Positions 42,308 through 51,841 of a DNA stretch of 64,000 nt are shown in pieces. A program made the position numbers and the translations under genes. Below the pieces are notes generated by a model. It searched no databases and was not told the DNA's origin. It worked only from the letters and a program-made list of their open reading frames with translations. The stretch is from Steroidobacteraceae bacterium (lineage in GTDB: Bacteria; Pseudomonadota; Gammaproteobacteria; Steroidobacterales; Steroidobacteraceae). The DNA lies in contig DATHRC010000008.1 in assembly GCA_035481975.1 (NCBI GenBank), positions 15,877 through 79,876 on the forward strand, in the 5' to 3' direction. Within the stretch, counting starts at the first letter, position 1, and every line of letters begins with the position of its first letter.

Positions 42308-43090
42308 TCAACCGCCCGCCCGAATGGGCTCGCGCTGCTGGTACTCGTCGTGGCGGCGCCACCACACGCCCGTCTCGTTGCGTCCCCGGGGGGCGCGGTC
42401 GAGCCACGGGTACATGCCCCACAGGGCGTCCAGTCCGCGCGCATAGGTGGAATAGGTGTGATAGAGGAGGCCGTCTTCGAGCACGAACGCGCTCATGCCC
42501 GGTCTTTCGCGCGTGAACGTGGCCACATCGGTGCCGGTCATGGCCGCGATCTCGGCGACAGGCCCCTCGCCGCGTTTCGTCGTCTGCGGCGCCTCGCGCC
42601 GGTAGTTGTATTCGACCCCCGCGCGCTGTTGCGCCTCGGTGAGCGAGACGTTGAAATCGAAGTTGAAGTCCGCGCCGAGCGAAGACGCCCAGGGGAAGCT
42701 CCAGCCCATCCGCCGCTGGTACGCCTGCAGTTTCGCGAGCGGCGCCCGCGACACCGCCGCAAAGGCGACGTCGTGGTTCGCCAGGTGAACGATGAAGCCG
42801 TCGAACCCGTCTGCGATCGACGAGCAGGACGGACACCCCGCCGTGTACTCGGGCCCGAACATGAAATGATAGACGAGCAGCTGCGAGCGCCCGCGGAAAA
42901 GATCTGCCAGCGAGGCGTTTCCCGCGTCGGTCTCGAATCGATACGGCTTGTCGATCCGGACCCACGGCAGCTCCTGCCGCCGCCGCGCCAGCTCGTCGCT
43001 GCGGCGCGTGAGCTCCTTCTCGGCCTTGAGCAGCTCGAGCCGCGCGCTCAGCCACTGCTCACGGGTCCCGGTCCTGTGTGTCGTCGCCAT
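42308..43090 (-). CDS. DUF899-family thioredoxin-fold protein
   Basis: 260 aa. The N-terminal part reads REQWLSARLELLKAEKELTR; QLLVYHFMFGPEYTAGCPSCS and LEDGLLYHTYSTYARG follow later. Confidence 0.85.
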   Translation of the reverse strand: MATTHRTGTREQWLSARLELLKAEKELTRRSDELARRRQELPWVRIDKPYRFETDAGNASLADLFRGRSQLLVYHFMFGPEYTAGCPSCSSIADGFDGFIVHLANHDVAFAAVSRAPLAKLQAYQRRMGWSFPWASSLGADFNFDFNVSLTEAQQRAGVEYNYRREAPQTTKRGEGPVAEIAAMTGTDVATFTRERPGMSAFVLEDGLLYHTYSTYARGLDALWGMYPWLDRAPRGRNETGVWWRRHDEYQQREPIRAGG

Positions 43091-43200
43091 CGTCCTGCTC
43101 CTTAAGTCGCTGCCGTTGCCGATACGGCGGGTGGCCTGGTGGTCGTAAGATTAGGGCCGGGCAGCGAAACGGCGGGAGTGACAAGTGTGGCGGGATTCCG

Positions 43201-44418
43201 ATGGACTCGCTGATCACGGCCGCGGCGCGGGCGCTCGCGGCGGGTGATCCCCTCGGCGCACTGAAGCGGGTCGCCCTGCGCGATGACGCGCCGGCGCTCG
43301 CGCTGCGCGGCATCGCGATGGCGCAGCTCGGCGACCTTGCCCGGGCGCGGACTCTGCTACGCCGTGCGGCGCGCGCCTTTGGTCCGAAAGAGGCCGTGGC
43401 GCGCGCGCGGTGTGTCGTCGCCGAGGCCGAGATCGCACTCGTCTCGCGCGATCTGGCGTGGCCGGCGAAGGCGCTCGAGGCGGCGCGCACGACGCTCGAA
43501 GCGCACGGCGACCGGGTGAACGCCGCGCACGCGCGCTATCTCGAGGCCCGGCGCCTGCTCCTGATCGGGCGCCTCGACGAGGCCGAGCGCACGCTTGCCG
43601 CGCTCGACGCGGCGCCGTTGCCACCTGCGTCGCGAGCCGCCCACGAGCTGGTCGTGGCCGGGATCGCGTTGCGACGCCTGCAGACCCGAGCGGCGCGCGC
43701 TGCGCTCGAGCGCGCCGGGCACGCCGCGCACCTCGCGGCAATCCCGGCGCTGACGGCGGAGGTCGCAAGCGCGACCCTGGTCCTCAGCACGCCCGCGGCG
43801 CGCCTGATTGCGCGCGGCGAGGAGCGGCTGCTGCGGCTCGAGGAGGTCGAGGCGTTGCTGGCCTCGGGGGCGCTGGTGGTGGACGCGTGCCGTCACGTGC
43901 TGCGCGACGCACGCACGGTGATCTCGCTCGCAAGCCGTCCGGTGCTGTTCGCGCTCGCGCGCGCGCTGGCCGAGGCGTGGCCGGCAGATGTGGCGCGCGA
44001 CGCGCTGGTCGCGCGGGCATTCCGGGCGAAGCGTGCCGATGAATCGTACCGTGCGCGCCTGCGTGTCGAGCTGGGACGGCTGCGCAAGGTGCTGCGGACA
44101 CTGGCCGGCGTGAGCGCGACGCCGCGAGGGTTTGCGCTCTTGCCGCGTCGCGCCCGCGAGGTCGCGGTGCTGGCGCCGCCGGTCGAAGAGGAGCATGCGG
44201 CGCTGCTCGCGTTCCTCGCCGACGGTGAGTCGTGGTCGAGCTCGGCCCTGGCGCTGGCGCTTGGCGGCAGCCAGCGCAACGTGCAGCGTGCCCTCGACGC
44301 GCTGGCGGCGGCATGCAAGGTGCAGTCGTTGGGTCGCGGGCGGGCGCGTCGTTGGCTGACCCCGCCCGTGCCCGGATTCCCGACGACTTTGTTACTCCCC
44401 GCCCCACTCCCCGAGTGA
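43201..44418 (+). CDS. hypothetical helical-repeat protein with C-terminal winged-helix-like region
   Basis: The start was moved to ATG 43201 (verified). The protein is an Ala/Leu/Arg-rich helical (TPR-like) array. The C-terminus SSALALALGGSQRNVQRALDALAAACKVQSLGRGRARRW looks like a wHTH. Confidence 0.6.
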   Translation: MDSLITAAARALAAGDPLGALKRVALRDDAPALALRGIAMAQLGDLARARTLLRRAARAFGPKEAVARARCVVAEAEIALVSRDLAWPAKALEAARTTLEAHGDRVNAAHARYLEARRLLLIGRLDEAERTLAALDAAPLPPASRAAHELVVAGIALRRLQTRAARAALERAGHAAHLAAIPALTAEVASATLVLSTPAARLIARGEERLLRLEEVEALLASGALVVDACRHVLRDARTVISLASRPVLFALARALAEAWPADVARDALVARAFRAKRADESYRARLRVELGRLRKVLRTLAGVSATPRGFALLPRRAREVAVLAPPVEEEHAALLAFLADGESWSSSALALALGGSQRNVQRALDALAAACKVQSLGRGRARRWLTPPVPGFPTTLLLPAPLPE

Positions 44419-44431
44419 CTAGGATGGCAGC

Positions 44432-45091
44432 ATGAAACGATCAGCGGCCAAGATTCTGCGTGAGTATGGACCCTTTCCGGGTGTCGACCGCATTGGTGGG
44501 GTCACCTATGACGGTCAGCAGGTGTGGATGGCTGCCGGCGACAAACTGCAGGCCTTCGATCCGGCGAGCGGCAAGACGCTGCGCTCGATTGATGTCGCCG
44601 CGCACGCCGGCACGGCCTTCGACGGTCAGCATCTGTTTCAGATCGCCGAGGATCGCATCCACAAGATCGATCCCCACAGCGGCCGTGTGCTCGCCACGAT
44701 CCCGGCGCCCGGCGGCGGCGGCGACTCGGGACTCGCGTGGGCCGAAGGGTCGCTGTGGGTGGGACAGTATCGCGAGCGCAAGATTCATCAGATCGATCCG
44801 CAGACCGGGGCGATTCTTCGCACCCTCGAGTCCAACCGCTTCGTCACCGGGGTCACCTGGCTCGACGGCGAGCTGTGGCATGCCACCTGGGAGGGGGACG
44901 AGAGCGATCTGCGCCGCATCGATCCGCAAACGGGCGAGGTGCTGGAGAGCCTCGAGATGCCGCCCGGAGTCGGCGTGTCGGGGCTCGAGTCCGATGGCGG
45001 CGAGCAGTTCTTCTGCGGAGGAGGCAACAGCGGCAAGGTGCGAGCCGTCCGCCGGCCCAGGCGAGCCTCCGCGACCGGCGCCAGCAAGTAA
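44432..45091 (+). CDS. beta-propeller repeat protein (glutamine-cyclotransferase-like fold family)
   Basis: 219 aa. The motif hhxIDPxTGxhh recurs four times (AFDPASGKTL, KIDPHSGRVL, QIDPQTGAIL, RIDPQTGEVL). There is a 13-nt gap after the preceding gene. Confidence 0.6.
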   Translation: MKRSAAKILREYGPFPGVDRIGGVTYDGQQVWMAAGDKLQAFDPASGKTLRSIDVAAHAGTAFDGQHLFQIAEDRIHKIDPHSGRVLATIPAPGGGGDSGLAWAEGSLWVGQYRERKIHQIDPQTGAILRTLESNRFVTGVTWLDGELWHATWEGDESDLRRIDPQTGEVLESLEMPPGVGVSGLESDGGEQFFCGGGNSGKVRAVRRPRRASATGASK

Positions 45092-45182
45092 TCGCGGCGC
45101 ACGCGCCGACTTTCACGGTGCGACGGCGATGTTGCCATGCGTTGCACCGCGGCGCCCAGGCGGAATGCGACGGAGCGCGCGG

Positions 45183-47759
45183 CTACTTCCTCGGGCCGAA
45201 GGCGTAGGAGAATCGCAGGCCGATGGTGCGCGGACGGATCACCGTGTTCGACTTGACGAACAGCGAATAGAAGGAGAACGGGTAGCCCTGCGAGTTGCTG
45301 AGGTTCTCGCCGTAGAGCTGCGCCGTCCAGGCATCCTTGCTGACACCCAGCGCGGCGTTGTAGGTGGTGTAGCCCGGGTCATAGAAGGCGACCGACTGGC
45401 CCTGCAACGTCTTGGTGAGGTGATCGGTGGTGGCGTAGGAGCCGCCCTGGCGGTTGACGCCGGCCTGCAGGAACCCCTGGTAGTCGTAGAACGGAAACTC
45501 GTAGCGCGCGCGCAGGTTGCCCTGGAAGGGCGGGGAGTTCGCGAGCGGCGAGCCCAGGTCGCCGAAGGGATTGACGATATTGATCGGCTGGCCGGTCGTG
45601 GGGTTGACCAGGGACAGGGTCTTTACCACCTCGGTGCTGTTCCATGATGCCGAGCCGGTGAGCGTCAGACCCTCGGTGACGCGCGCGATGAAGGAGGTCT
45701 CTCCCCCGCGCACCCGATAGTTGGGGCCATTGGTGGTGAAGGTGAGATTGCCGGTCACGCCCGGATCGAAGATGGTGAGCTGTGTCCGGGTCCAGTCTTC
45801 CTGGTACACCGCGCCGTTCCATTGCAGACGGTGATCGAACCACTCGGTTTTCCAGCCGAGCTCGTTGTTGGTCAGCTCGTCGGGTCCGTAAGCGAGCGGC
45901 GGGGTGAACAGCCCGAAGAGCGGCGAGGTGGGCGCGATCACCGACGCCGCGCGGTTGAACCCGCCCGGCCGGAAGCCCTGTGACCAGGTGTAGTAGAGCA
46001 GGGCGTCGCGGGTGACGTGCCAGCTCAAGTTGGCGCGGCTCCTGAAGCCGGTATAGGTCTTGTCGAGATTTTCCGCATCCAGATTGGTGCCATTCGATTC
46101 CGGTATGCCGCAGGGACTGGGCGGCACGTTGCCGTCGAACGGCCCGTAGATCTCGCAGCCGAAGCTGCCGACATTCGAGCCGCTCTCGAAGTTCTCGATG
46201 TGGTAATAGCGCGTGCCGACGGTCAGGGTCAGCGTCTTCGGCAGCAGGTCAAAGTCCACCGAGGTAAAGGCCGCGCGCTGCTTGTAGCCGCGGTCGATGT
46301 CGTTGAAGAACACGTCCCCGGGCAGGCGCACGCGGGGATTGTTGGCGGTCACCCCGGGCGGCGGGGCGATGGGCACGAAATGCGGGCTGGTGCCGTAGTG
46401 CCAGTCGGCCTGCTCGTCGATCTCATACTTTTCGTAGAACAGCCCGGCGAGCGCGCGCAGGCGCCAGTCATCGGGCGTGCTCAGGCGCACCTCGTGGCTC
46501 TGGTGGGTGTTGGTCTGATAATCCGTCCAGAAGACGTTCGGCGAGTAGCAGAAGCCCGCCGATCCCGCCGTCGGCACCTTGTTCTTGAACGGGTAGCCGG
46601 GATAGTCGCACTGGTAGTAGCCGGCGTACTTGCCGCGGGAGTAGGCGGTGTAGTCGCTCACCTGGTTGGTGAGGCGGTCGAGGTAAGCGCCGGCGTAGAC
46701 GAATTGCAGGGCGGAGATGCGCCCGTTGATGGTGAGCGCGGTGTTCTCGAATTTGTCGCGGTCGTCGGTGGGGTTATATTGCTGCACCGACAGCGGCGGC
46801 AACGGTGTGCCAAGGCCGTCGTACTGCTCCTCCCAGAATACGCCCTGGGCGTCCATGTCCTGGTAGCTCTGCGCCAGCAGCACATTCCAGTCGTCGTCGA
46901 TCTTCCACAGCAGGGAAGCGCGTATACCCTGGTAGGTGACCGGATTGAACGCGTTGCTGATATAGGCGGAGTTGTTGATCGCGCCGCTGTTCGGCGGCAC
47001 GGCGCCGCCGAAGTAGTTCACCGACACCAGGTCGGACGTCGAGCGCGCGAAGGTGCCGGGGATGTTGTTGATGTAGCCGCCGCGCCGCTCATCGTAGATG
47101 ACCACGCGGGCGGCGAGGGTATCGGCGATCAGCGGTACATTCAGCGTGGCATCGAGGTTGCTGCTCGGATCGCCGTGCGCGGTGGTGCCGTAGCCGGCAT
47201 TGACCGTGCCGGTGGTGACGTCGAGCTTGGGCTTGTTGGTGATGTAACGCACCACGCCGGCTTCGGCGCCCGCGCCAAACAGCGTCCCCTGGGGTCCTTC
47301 GAGGATCTCGATGCGCTCCATGTCCGCGGCATAGATGTCGAGGTTGCGTCCGGGCAGCTGCCCGGACTGCTCGTCGAGATAGATGGCGACGTTCGGGAAG
47401 CTGCCGAGACTGCCCGAGCCCTGCTCGCCGCTCTGGCCGGTGGAGAGCCCGCGCATGTAGATCTCGCCCTGGCCCGGGCCGTTGCCGCCCCAGGTGACGT
47501 TCGGCAGATACTTGACGAAGTCATCGAGGGTGGTGACGTTGAGCTGCGCGATCGTCTCGGAGGTGAGCGCCTGCAGGGTGATCGGCACGTCCTGCGAGCT
47601 TTCCGCGCGGCGCTGCGCGGTGACGATGACTTCGCTGATTCCGGTGCCCGGCTCGCTGGCGGCGGCCGGAGCATCGCTCCTTTGCGCAAACGCCGGTGCG
47701 GCGGCGTGCGCCGCCAGGATGCCCGCCACCGCGCAGGAAATCCGGTAGTTCCTCTTCAT
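45183..47759 (-). CDS. TonB-dependent receptor
   Basis: 858 aa with a signal peptide. The plug region reads EVIVTAQRRAESSQDVPITLQALT, followed by IEILEGPQGTLFGAGAEAGVVRYITNKP. A long beta-barrel ends ...IGLRFSYAF. Confidence 0.9.
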   Translation of the reverse strand: MKRNYRISCAVAGILAAHAAAPAFAQRSDAPAAASEPGTGISEVIVTAQRRAESSQDVPITLQALTSETIAQLNVTTLDDFVKYLPNVTWGGNGPGQGEIYMRGLSTGQSGEQGSGSLGSFPNVAIYLDEQSGQLPGRNLDIYAADMERIEILEGPQGTLFGAGAEAGVVRYITNKPKLDVTTGTVNAGYGTTAHGDPSSNLDATLNVPLIADTLAARVVIYDERRGGYINNIPGTFARSTSDLVSVNYFGGAVPPNSGAINNSAYISNAFNPVTYQGIRASLLWKIDDDWNVLLAQSYQDMDAQGVFWEEQYDGLGTPLPPLSVQQYNPTDDRDKFENTALTINGRISALQFVYAGAYLDRLTNQVSDYTAYSRGKYAGYYQCDYPGYPFKNKVPTAGSAGFCYSPNVFWTDYQTNTHQSHEVRLSTPDDWRLRALAGLFYEKYEIDEQADWHYGTSPHFVPIAPPPGVTANNPRVRLPGDVFFNDIDRGYKQRAAFTSVDFDLLPKTLTLTVGTRYYHIENFESGSNVGSFGCEIYGPFDGNVPPSPCGIPESNGTNLDAENLDKTYTGFRSRANLSWHVTRDALLYYTWSQGFRPGGFNRAASVIAPTSPLFGLFTPPLAYGPDELTNNELGWKTEWFDHRLQWNGAVYQEDWTRTQLTIFDPGVTGNLTFTTNGPNYRVRGGETSFIARVTEGLTLTGSASWNSTEVVKTLSLVNPTTGQPINIVNPFGDLGSPLANSPPFQGNLRARYEFPFYDYQGFLQAGVNRQGGSYATTDHLTKTLQGQSVAFYDPGYTTYNAALGVSKDAWTAQLYGENLSNSQGYPFSFYSLFVKSNTVIRPRTIGLRFSYAFGPRK

Positions 47760-47793
47760 CCGCCCCCCTGCAGTGTCGTTGTCGAGGTGCCGC

Positions 47794-49308
47794 CTACGGG
47801 CCGGCCGCTTTATAAGCTGTCCAGATGGTCTTCAGGTCCGCATATTTCTCGATCGCATGCGCCGAGCGGTCGCGGCCGAAGCCCGACTGCTTGAAGCCAC
47901 CGAACGGGGTCGCGATCGAGGAGCGATCGAAGCTGTTCACCCACACGGTGCCGGCGCGCAGTCCCGCCGACAGGCGGTGCGCGGCGTTGATGTCGTGGGT
48001 CCACACCGCCGCCGCCAGGCCGTAGATGCTGTCGTTGGCGAGAATGAGCGCTTCGGCCTCGCTGCTGCACGGCATGACCGCCAGCACCGGTCCGAAGATC
48101 TCTTCGCGCGCCACGCGCATCTGCGGCTGCACCGCGTCGAGAATGGTCGCCTGCACGTAGTAACCGCCGGTCTCGGCGAGCGCCTGCCGGCCGCCGAGTG
48201 CCAGCTGCGCACCCTCCGCCACGCCGCTGTCGATGTAGCCGAGCACGCTGCGCATGTGGCCCTCATCGATCAGCGCTCCCATCTGCGTCGCCGGATCCAG
48301 CGGATGCCCGAGGCGGATGCCGGCGGTGACGCGGCGGATGGCGTCCAGCAGCCGCTCGCGCACGCTCGCCGCCACGATGACGCGCGAGCCGGCGTTACAG
48401 GTCTCGCCGGCGTTGTAATAGATGCCCCAGGCGATCGCCTCGGCCGCCGCGTCGAGGTCGGCATCCGCGAGCACCACGTGCGGGCTCTTGCCGCCGCACT
48501 CGAGCGAGACGCGCTTCAGGTTCGACTCCCCGGCGTAGCGCAGCATCAGCTTGCCCACCTCGGTCGAGCCGGTGAAGCTCACCATGTCGACGTCAGCGTG
48601 CAGCGCCAGCGGCTTGCCGGCCTCCGCGCCGAATCCCGGAACGACGTTCAGGACGCCCGGCGGCAGTCCCGCTTCCAGCGCAAGCTCGCCGAGGCGGATG
48701 GCGGTGAGCGGCGACTGCTCGGCGGGCTTCAGCACCACGGAGTTGCCGACGAGGAGTGCCGGAGCGATCTTCCAGCTGGTCACGATCAGCGGGTAGTTCC
48801 ACGGCACGATCGCCGCGACCACGCCGAGGGGCTCGCGGCGGATCAACGCCAGGTCATCAGGCCCGGTGGGTGCGATCTCGTCGTAGAGCTTGTCGGCGTA
48901 CTCGGCGTAGTAGGCGATGCAATCGGCGGCCTTCGGCACGTCGACGCCGAGCGAATCGCGGATCGGCTTGCCGACATCGAGTGTCTCGAGCATCGCCAGA
49001 TGCTCGAGATCGGCGCGGATCGCGTCCGCGAAGCGCAGCAGCACGCGCTTGCGCTCCTGCGGTGAGGTGCGGCGCCAGTGGCCCGCCTCGAACGCCGCGC
49101 GCGCGGCGGCGACTGCCGCCGCGACGTCCGCCTGCTCGCAGCGGGCGACGTGCGCGATCACGCGGCCATCGATCGGGCTCTTTTTCTCGAAGGTCCGGCC
49201 GCTGCGGGCGGCAACCCGTTGGCCATTGATCAGCGCGCGTCCTTCGGGACGCAAGGGCGCCGCGAGGCGCTCCCAATCGCTGCGGCTGCGGGCCGGAATC
49301 GCATTCAT
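47794..49308 (-). CDS. NAD(P)-dependent aldehyde dehydrogenase
   Basis: The start was moved to ATG 49308 (verified). Motifs are VPWNYPL, FTGSTEVGK and the catalytic Cys context VSLECGGKSP. Confidence 0.9.
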   Translation of the reverse strand: MNAIPARSRSDWERLAAPLRPEGRALINGQRVAARSGRTFEKKSPIDGRVIAHVARCEQADVAAAVAAARAAFEAGHWRRTSPQERKRVLLRFADAIRADLEHLAMLETLDVGKPIRDSLGVDVPKAADCIAYYAEYADKLYDEIAPTGPDDLALIRREPLGVVAAIVPWNYPLIVTSWKIAPALLVGNSVVLKPAEQSPLTAIRLGELALEAGLPPGVLNVVPGFGAEAGKPLALHADVDMVSFTGSTEVGKLMLRYAGESNLKRVSLECGGKSPHVVLADADLDAAAEAIAWGIYYNAGETCNAGSRVIVAASVRERLLDAIRRVTAGIRLGHPLDPATQMGALIDEGHMRSVLGYIDSGVAEGAQLALGGRQALAETGGYYVQATILDAVQPQMRVAREEIFGPVLAVMPCSSEAEALILANDSIYGLAAAVWTHDINAAHRLSAGLRAGTVWVNSFDRSSIATPFGGFKQSGFGRDRSAHAIEKYADLKTIWTAYKAAGP

Positions 49309-49467
49309 GATCGGTCGGGCTCCCAGGCACACAGGCGCCAGACGCAATGAGGCTATCACAAGGTACGTTGGTGCGGGAACGGCCTGGGCGGACTCCTCAG
49401 GAAGTTGCCCTGCGGCGGGGGCTCTCAGCGGCGGCAGCGCTGGCGGCGCGCAGCGCCCGCTCGCCGC

Positions 49468-50196
49468 TCAGCGGTCGAGCTCCGGGTAATGCCGGAACAG
49501 ATCCTCGTTGTTGAAGGCGACGTGGCGGTCCGAGGCGAGGTAGCGCGCGATGCGCGGCCGCGCGAACACGGCGTCGTGCAGTGCGCACAGGCGCGGCCGG
49601 CGGCGCAGCGCCTTGCCGCTGTGGGAGGGGAAGGCATAGCGCAGACCGTCGACAAGGTGGGCCACGGAGAGATCCACATAACCCAGGCGCGCACCGACCA
49701 TCCAGGGTCCACGGGCGCGATTAAACTCGAGCACGCGCTCGAAGTAGCCGAGAAATTTCGGCAGCCGCACCGCGAGGAAATCGCTGGTGCGCCGGCGCGC
49801 CGCGGCCTTCTGCTCCTCGTAGGCATAGCCGTCGCCGAGCGGATGATGGGTGTGGAAGATCTCCTGGTAGAGATCGAGGAGAGTGAGCTGCAGCTGGTGC
49901 GCCCAGAGTCTGCCCGCCTCATCAGCCGGCGCCAGCTGCAGTCGGCTGCCGAGGAACAGCAGGATGTTCGGCGTCTGTGCAATCAGCTGCCGTCCGGCTT
50001 TGAGGACCGGAGGGGCGAAGGGCGGACGCGTCACGCCCCGGGCCGCGAGTACCTCGAGGAGGGCCGGCACCCCGCCGCCGCGCCGCTGCGGCAGGGTGGC
50101 GACATCCACATAGCGGGCGCCGCCCTCCTCGAGCGCGAGGCGGATGAATTCGCCGCGTCCCTGAATTCCCGGCCAGTAATAGAGCTGGTAGATCAT
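49468..50196 (-). CDS. glutathione S-transferase family protein
   Basis: 242 aa. The N-terminal thioredoxin-like part (MIYQLYYWPGIQGRGEFIRLALEE) is followed by a helical C-terminal domain. Confidence 0.8.
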   Translation of the reverse strand: MIYQLYYWPGIQGRGEFIRLALEEGGARYVDVATLPQRRGGGVPALLEVLAARGVTRPPFAPPVLKAGRQLIAQTPNILLFLGSRLQLAPADEAGRLWAHQLQLTLLDLYQEIFHTHHPLGDGYAYEEQKAAARRRTSDFLAVRLPKFLGYFERVLEFNRARGPWMVGARLGYVDLSVAHLVDGLRYAFPSHSGKALRRRPRLCALHDAVFARPRIARYLASDRHVAFNNEDLFRHYPELDR

Positions 50197-50407
50197 AAGG
50201 CTCTCGCGTCCGTCGCTACGGCTTCAAGGGGCAGACTAATCATTGCCGCGACGGCCGCCAACAAGCGCAAAAAACGTGACGCCGTTGGGGATTGCGCGCC
50301 CGCCTGGCCGCGGCCCCCGCGGGGACGCTCGAGAAGCGTGACGGCGTACAGGACAGCTGCGCCCTGCGTTTGACCATAATGCGTCAAGGACCGGCCCCAC
50401 CACACTC

Positions 50408-51841
50408 ATGCCCAACGCATCCGCGACCGCAAGACTGCGTGCGCTTCCGGCGGTCCTGACGCTGGTCGCCGGACGCACCTCGCCTGATCAGCCCGGCACC
50501 GGGCCCGACAACTGGAGCGAGGGGCCGCCGTTCGCCGACGTCCAGCAGCTCATCCAGTCGGGAGTCGCTGCCGATGCGGTGATCCTCTACCCGAGCGATG
50601 CACATCAGGCGGTGAGCTGGCTGCAGGCGCTGCGCCGCGCGCCGCTGCTGGCGCTCGCGCCGATATTTCTCAACCGCTCCTGCGGCGAAGCCGTCGATGC
50701 CCTGAGTGACGGTGTGGCGGCAACTCTGGCGGCCGCAGCTTCGCGAGCTACCCTCATTGCCGGGCGCGCCCAGGCGCTCGGCCGCCGGCAGACGGCGGAG
50801 GGCGATGAGCGGCTGCTCGCGTTCCTCTATCTTCGTCCCGAGCGGGTGCTCACACCCGTGGCCGACTGGCGCGACGAGCGCATCTATCGCTATCCGCTCG
50901 CAGATGTCCTCGGCCACAACGGCGAGGATGGCTTCCTGCTGCTCGACGGGCTGCGACGGCGGGGACTGCTCGAGACGGCCGAGCTGATCGAGCGCGTGCA
51001 CACCTGTCCGGAGTGTTCCGCGGGACAGTTGCTGTTCATCGAGACGTGCCCGCAATGCGGCAGCATCGACACGGCCGTACAGAATTTTCTGCATTGCTAC
51101 GCGTGCGGCAACGTCGCCACCCAGGAAGAGTATCTGCGGGCGGACGGACTGAGCTGTCCGAAGTGCTCGGCGCGGCTGCGTCACATCGGCGTCGACTACG
51201 ATCGCGCCCTGGAGACCCAGGCCTGCAACGCCTGCCGCGCGCGCTTCACCGAACCGAGCGTGAAGGCACGCTGCCTGCGCTGCAGCCAGCTGTCCGCGAC
51301 CGATGAGCTCACCGAGCGCAGCTACTACGGCATGCGCCTGTCGGCGGCGGGCGAGCTGGCCGCGCGCACCGGGCAGATCGGCGACTTCTTCAGGCTCATT
51401 GATGAGTTCAGCCAGGCCCACCCGACCTACTTCACCGGCAACCTCGAGTGGCTGCTGAGTCTCTCCCGACGCCATCCCGAGCTGCAGTTCGGCCTGATCT
51501 GCCTGAAGTTCGCCAACGTCCGGCTGCTCGCGGCACGGCTGCCCCACGGGCGGGTGGCGCAGATGTTCGATGCGCTGGCGCAGCGCCTGCGGGCGCTGGT
51601 GCGCGTCACCGATCTGTTCATGCGCAACGCCGATGAATACTGCTGGCTGCTGCTGCCGCAGACTTCCCCCGAAGGCATCGCCACGGTGATGGAGCGCATC
51701 GCCGCGCTGCGCGATGCGGCGACCCCGGAGGAGGGGCTGCGCATCGAGATCACGACCGCCGCCTTCAGCTCGCTGGACGCGAGCGAGGAGATCACCGATG
51801 CCCGGGTGCTGATGGGCACGCTGCGCAGCCGGGTCGACTGA
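50408..51841 (+). CDS. regulator-like protein: N-terminal receiver-like region, six-CxxC zinc-ribbon module (TackOD1-like), C-terminal degenerate GGDEF-like domain with retained RxxD
   Basis: 477 aa. The CxxC pairs are CPEC, CPQC, CYAC, CPKC, CNAC and CLRC at residues 200-292 (nt 51005-51283). The GGDEF-like fold then reads LICLKFANVRLL...RVTDLFMRNADEYCWLLLP (nt 51599-51640), with ADEYC in place of GG[DE]EF. The stop overlaps the GT2 start (TGATG). Confidence 0.75.
   Translation: MPNASATARLRALPAVLTLVAGRTSPDQPGTGPDNWSEGPPFADVQQLIQSGVAADAVILYPSDAHQAVSWLQALRRAPLLALAPIFLNRSCGEAVDALSDGVAATLAAAASRATLIAGRAQALGRRQTAEGDERLLAFLYLRPERVLTPVADWRDERIYRYPLADVLGHNGEDGFLLLDGLRRRGLLETAELIERVHTCPECSAGQLLFIETCPQCGSIDTAVQNFLHCYACGNVATQEEYLRADGLSCPKCSARLRHIGVDYDRALETQACNACRARFTEPSVKARCLRCSQLSATDELTERSYYGMRLSAAGELAARTGQIGDFFRLIDEFSQAHPTYFTGNLEWLLSLSRRHPELQFGLICLKFANVRLLAARLPHGRVAQMFDALAQRLRALVRVTDLFMRNADEYCWLLLPQTSPEGIATVMERIAALRDAATPEEGLRIEITTAAFSSLDASEEITDARVLMGTLRSRVD

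Noticed and set aside
45092-45182. The GC-rich palindrome CGGCGC-ac-GCGCCG between the convergent beta-propeller and TonB-receptor genes, considered as a terminator.
   Set aside because: The 2-nt loop is sterically implausible and the effective stem is only about 4-5 bp. This is no better than chance in sequence this GC-rich.
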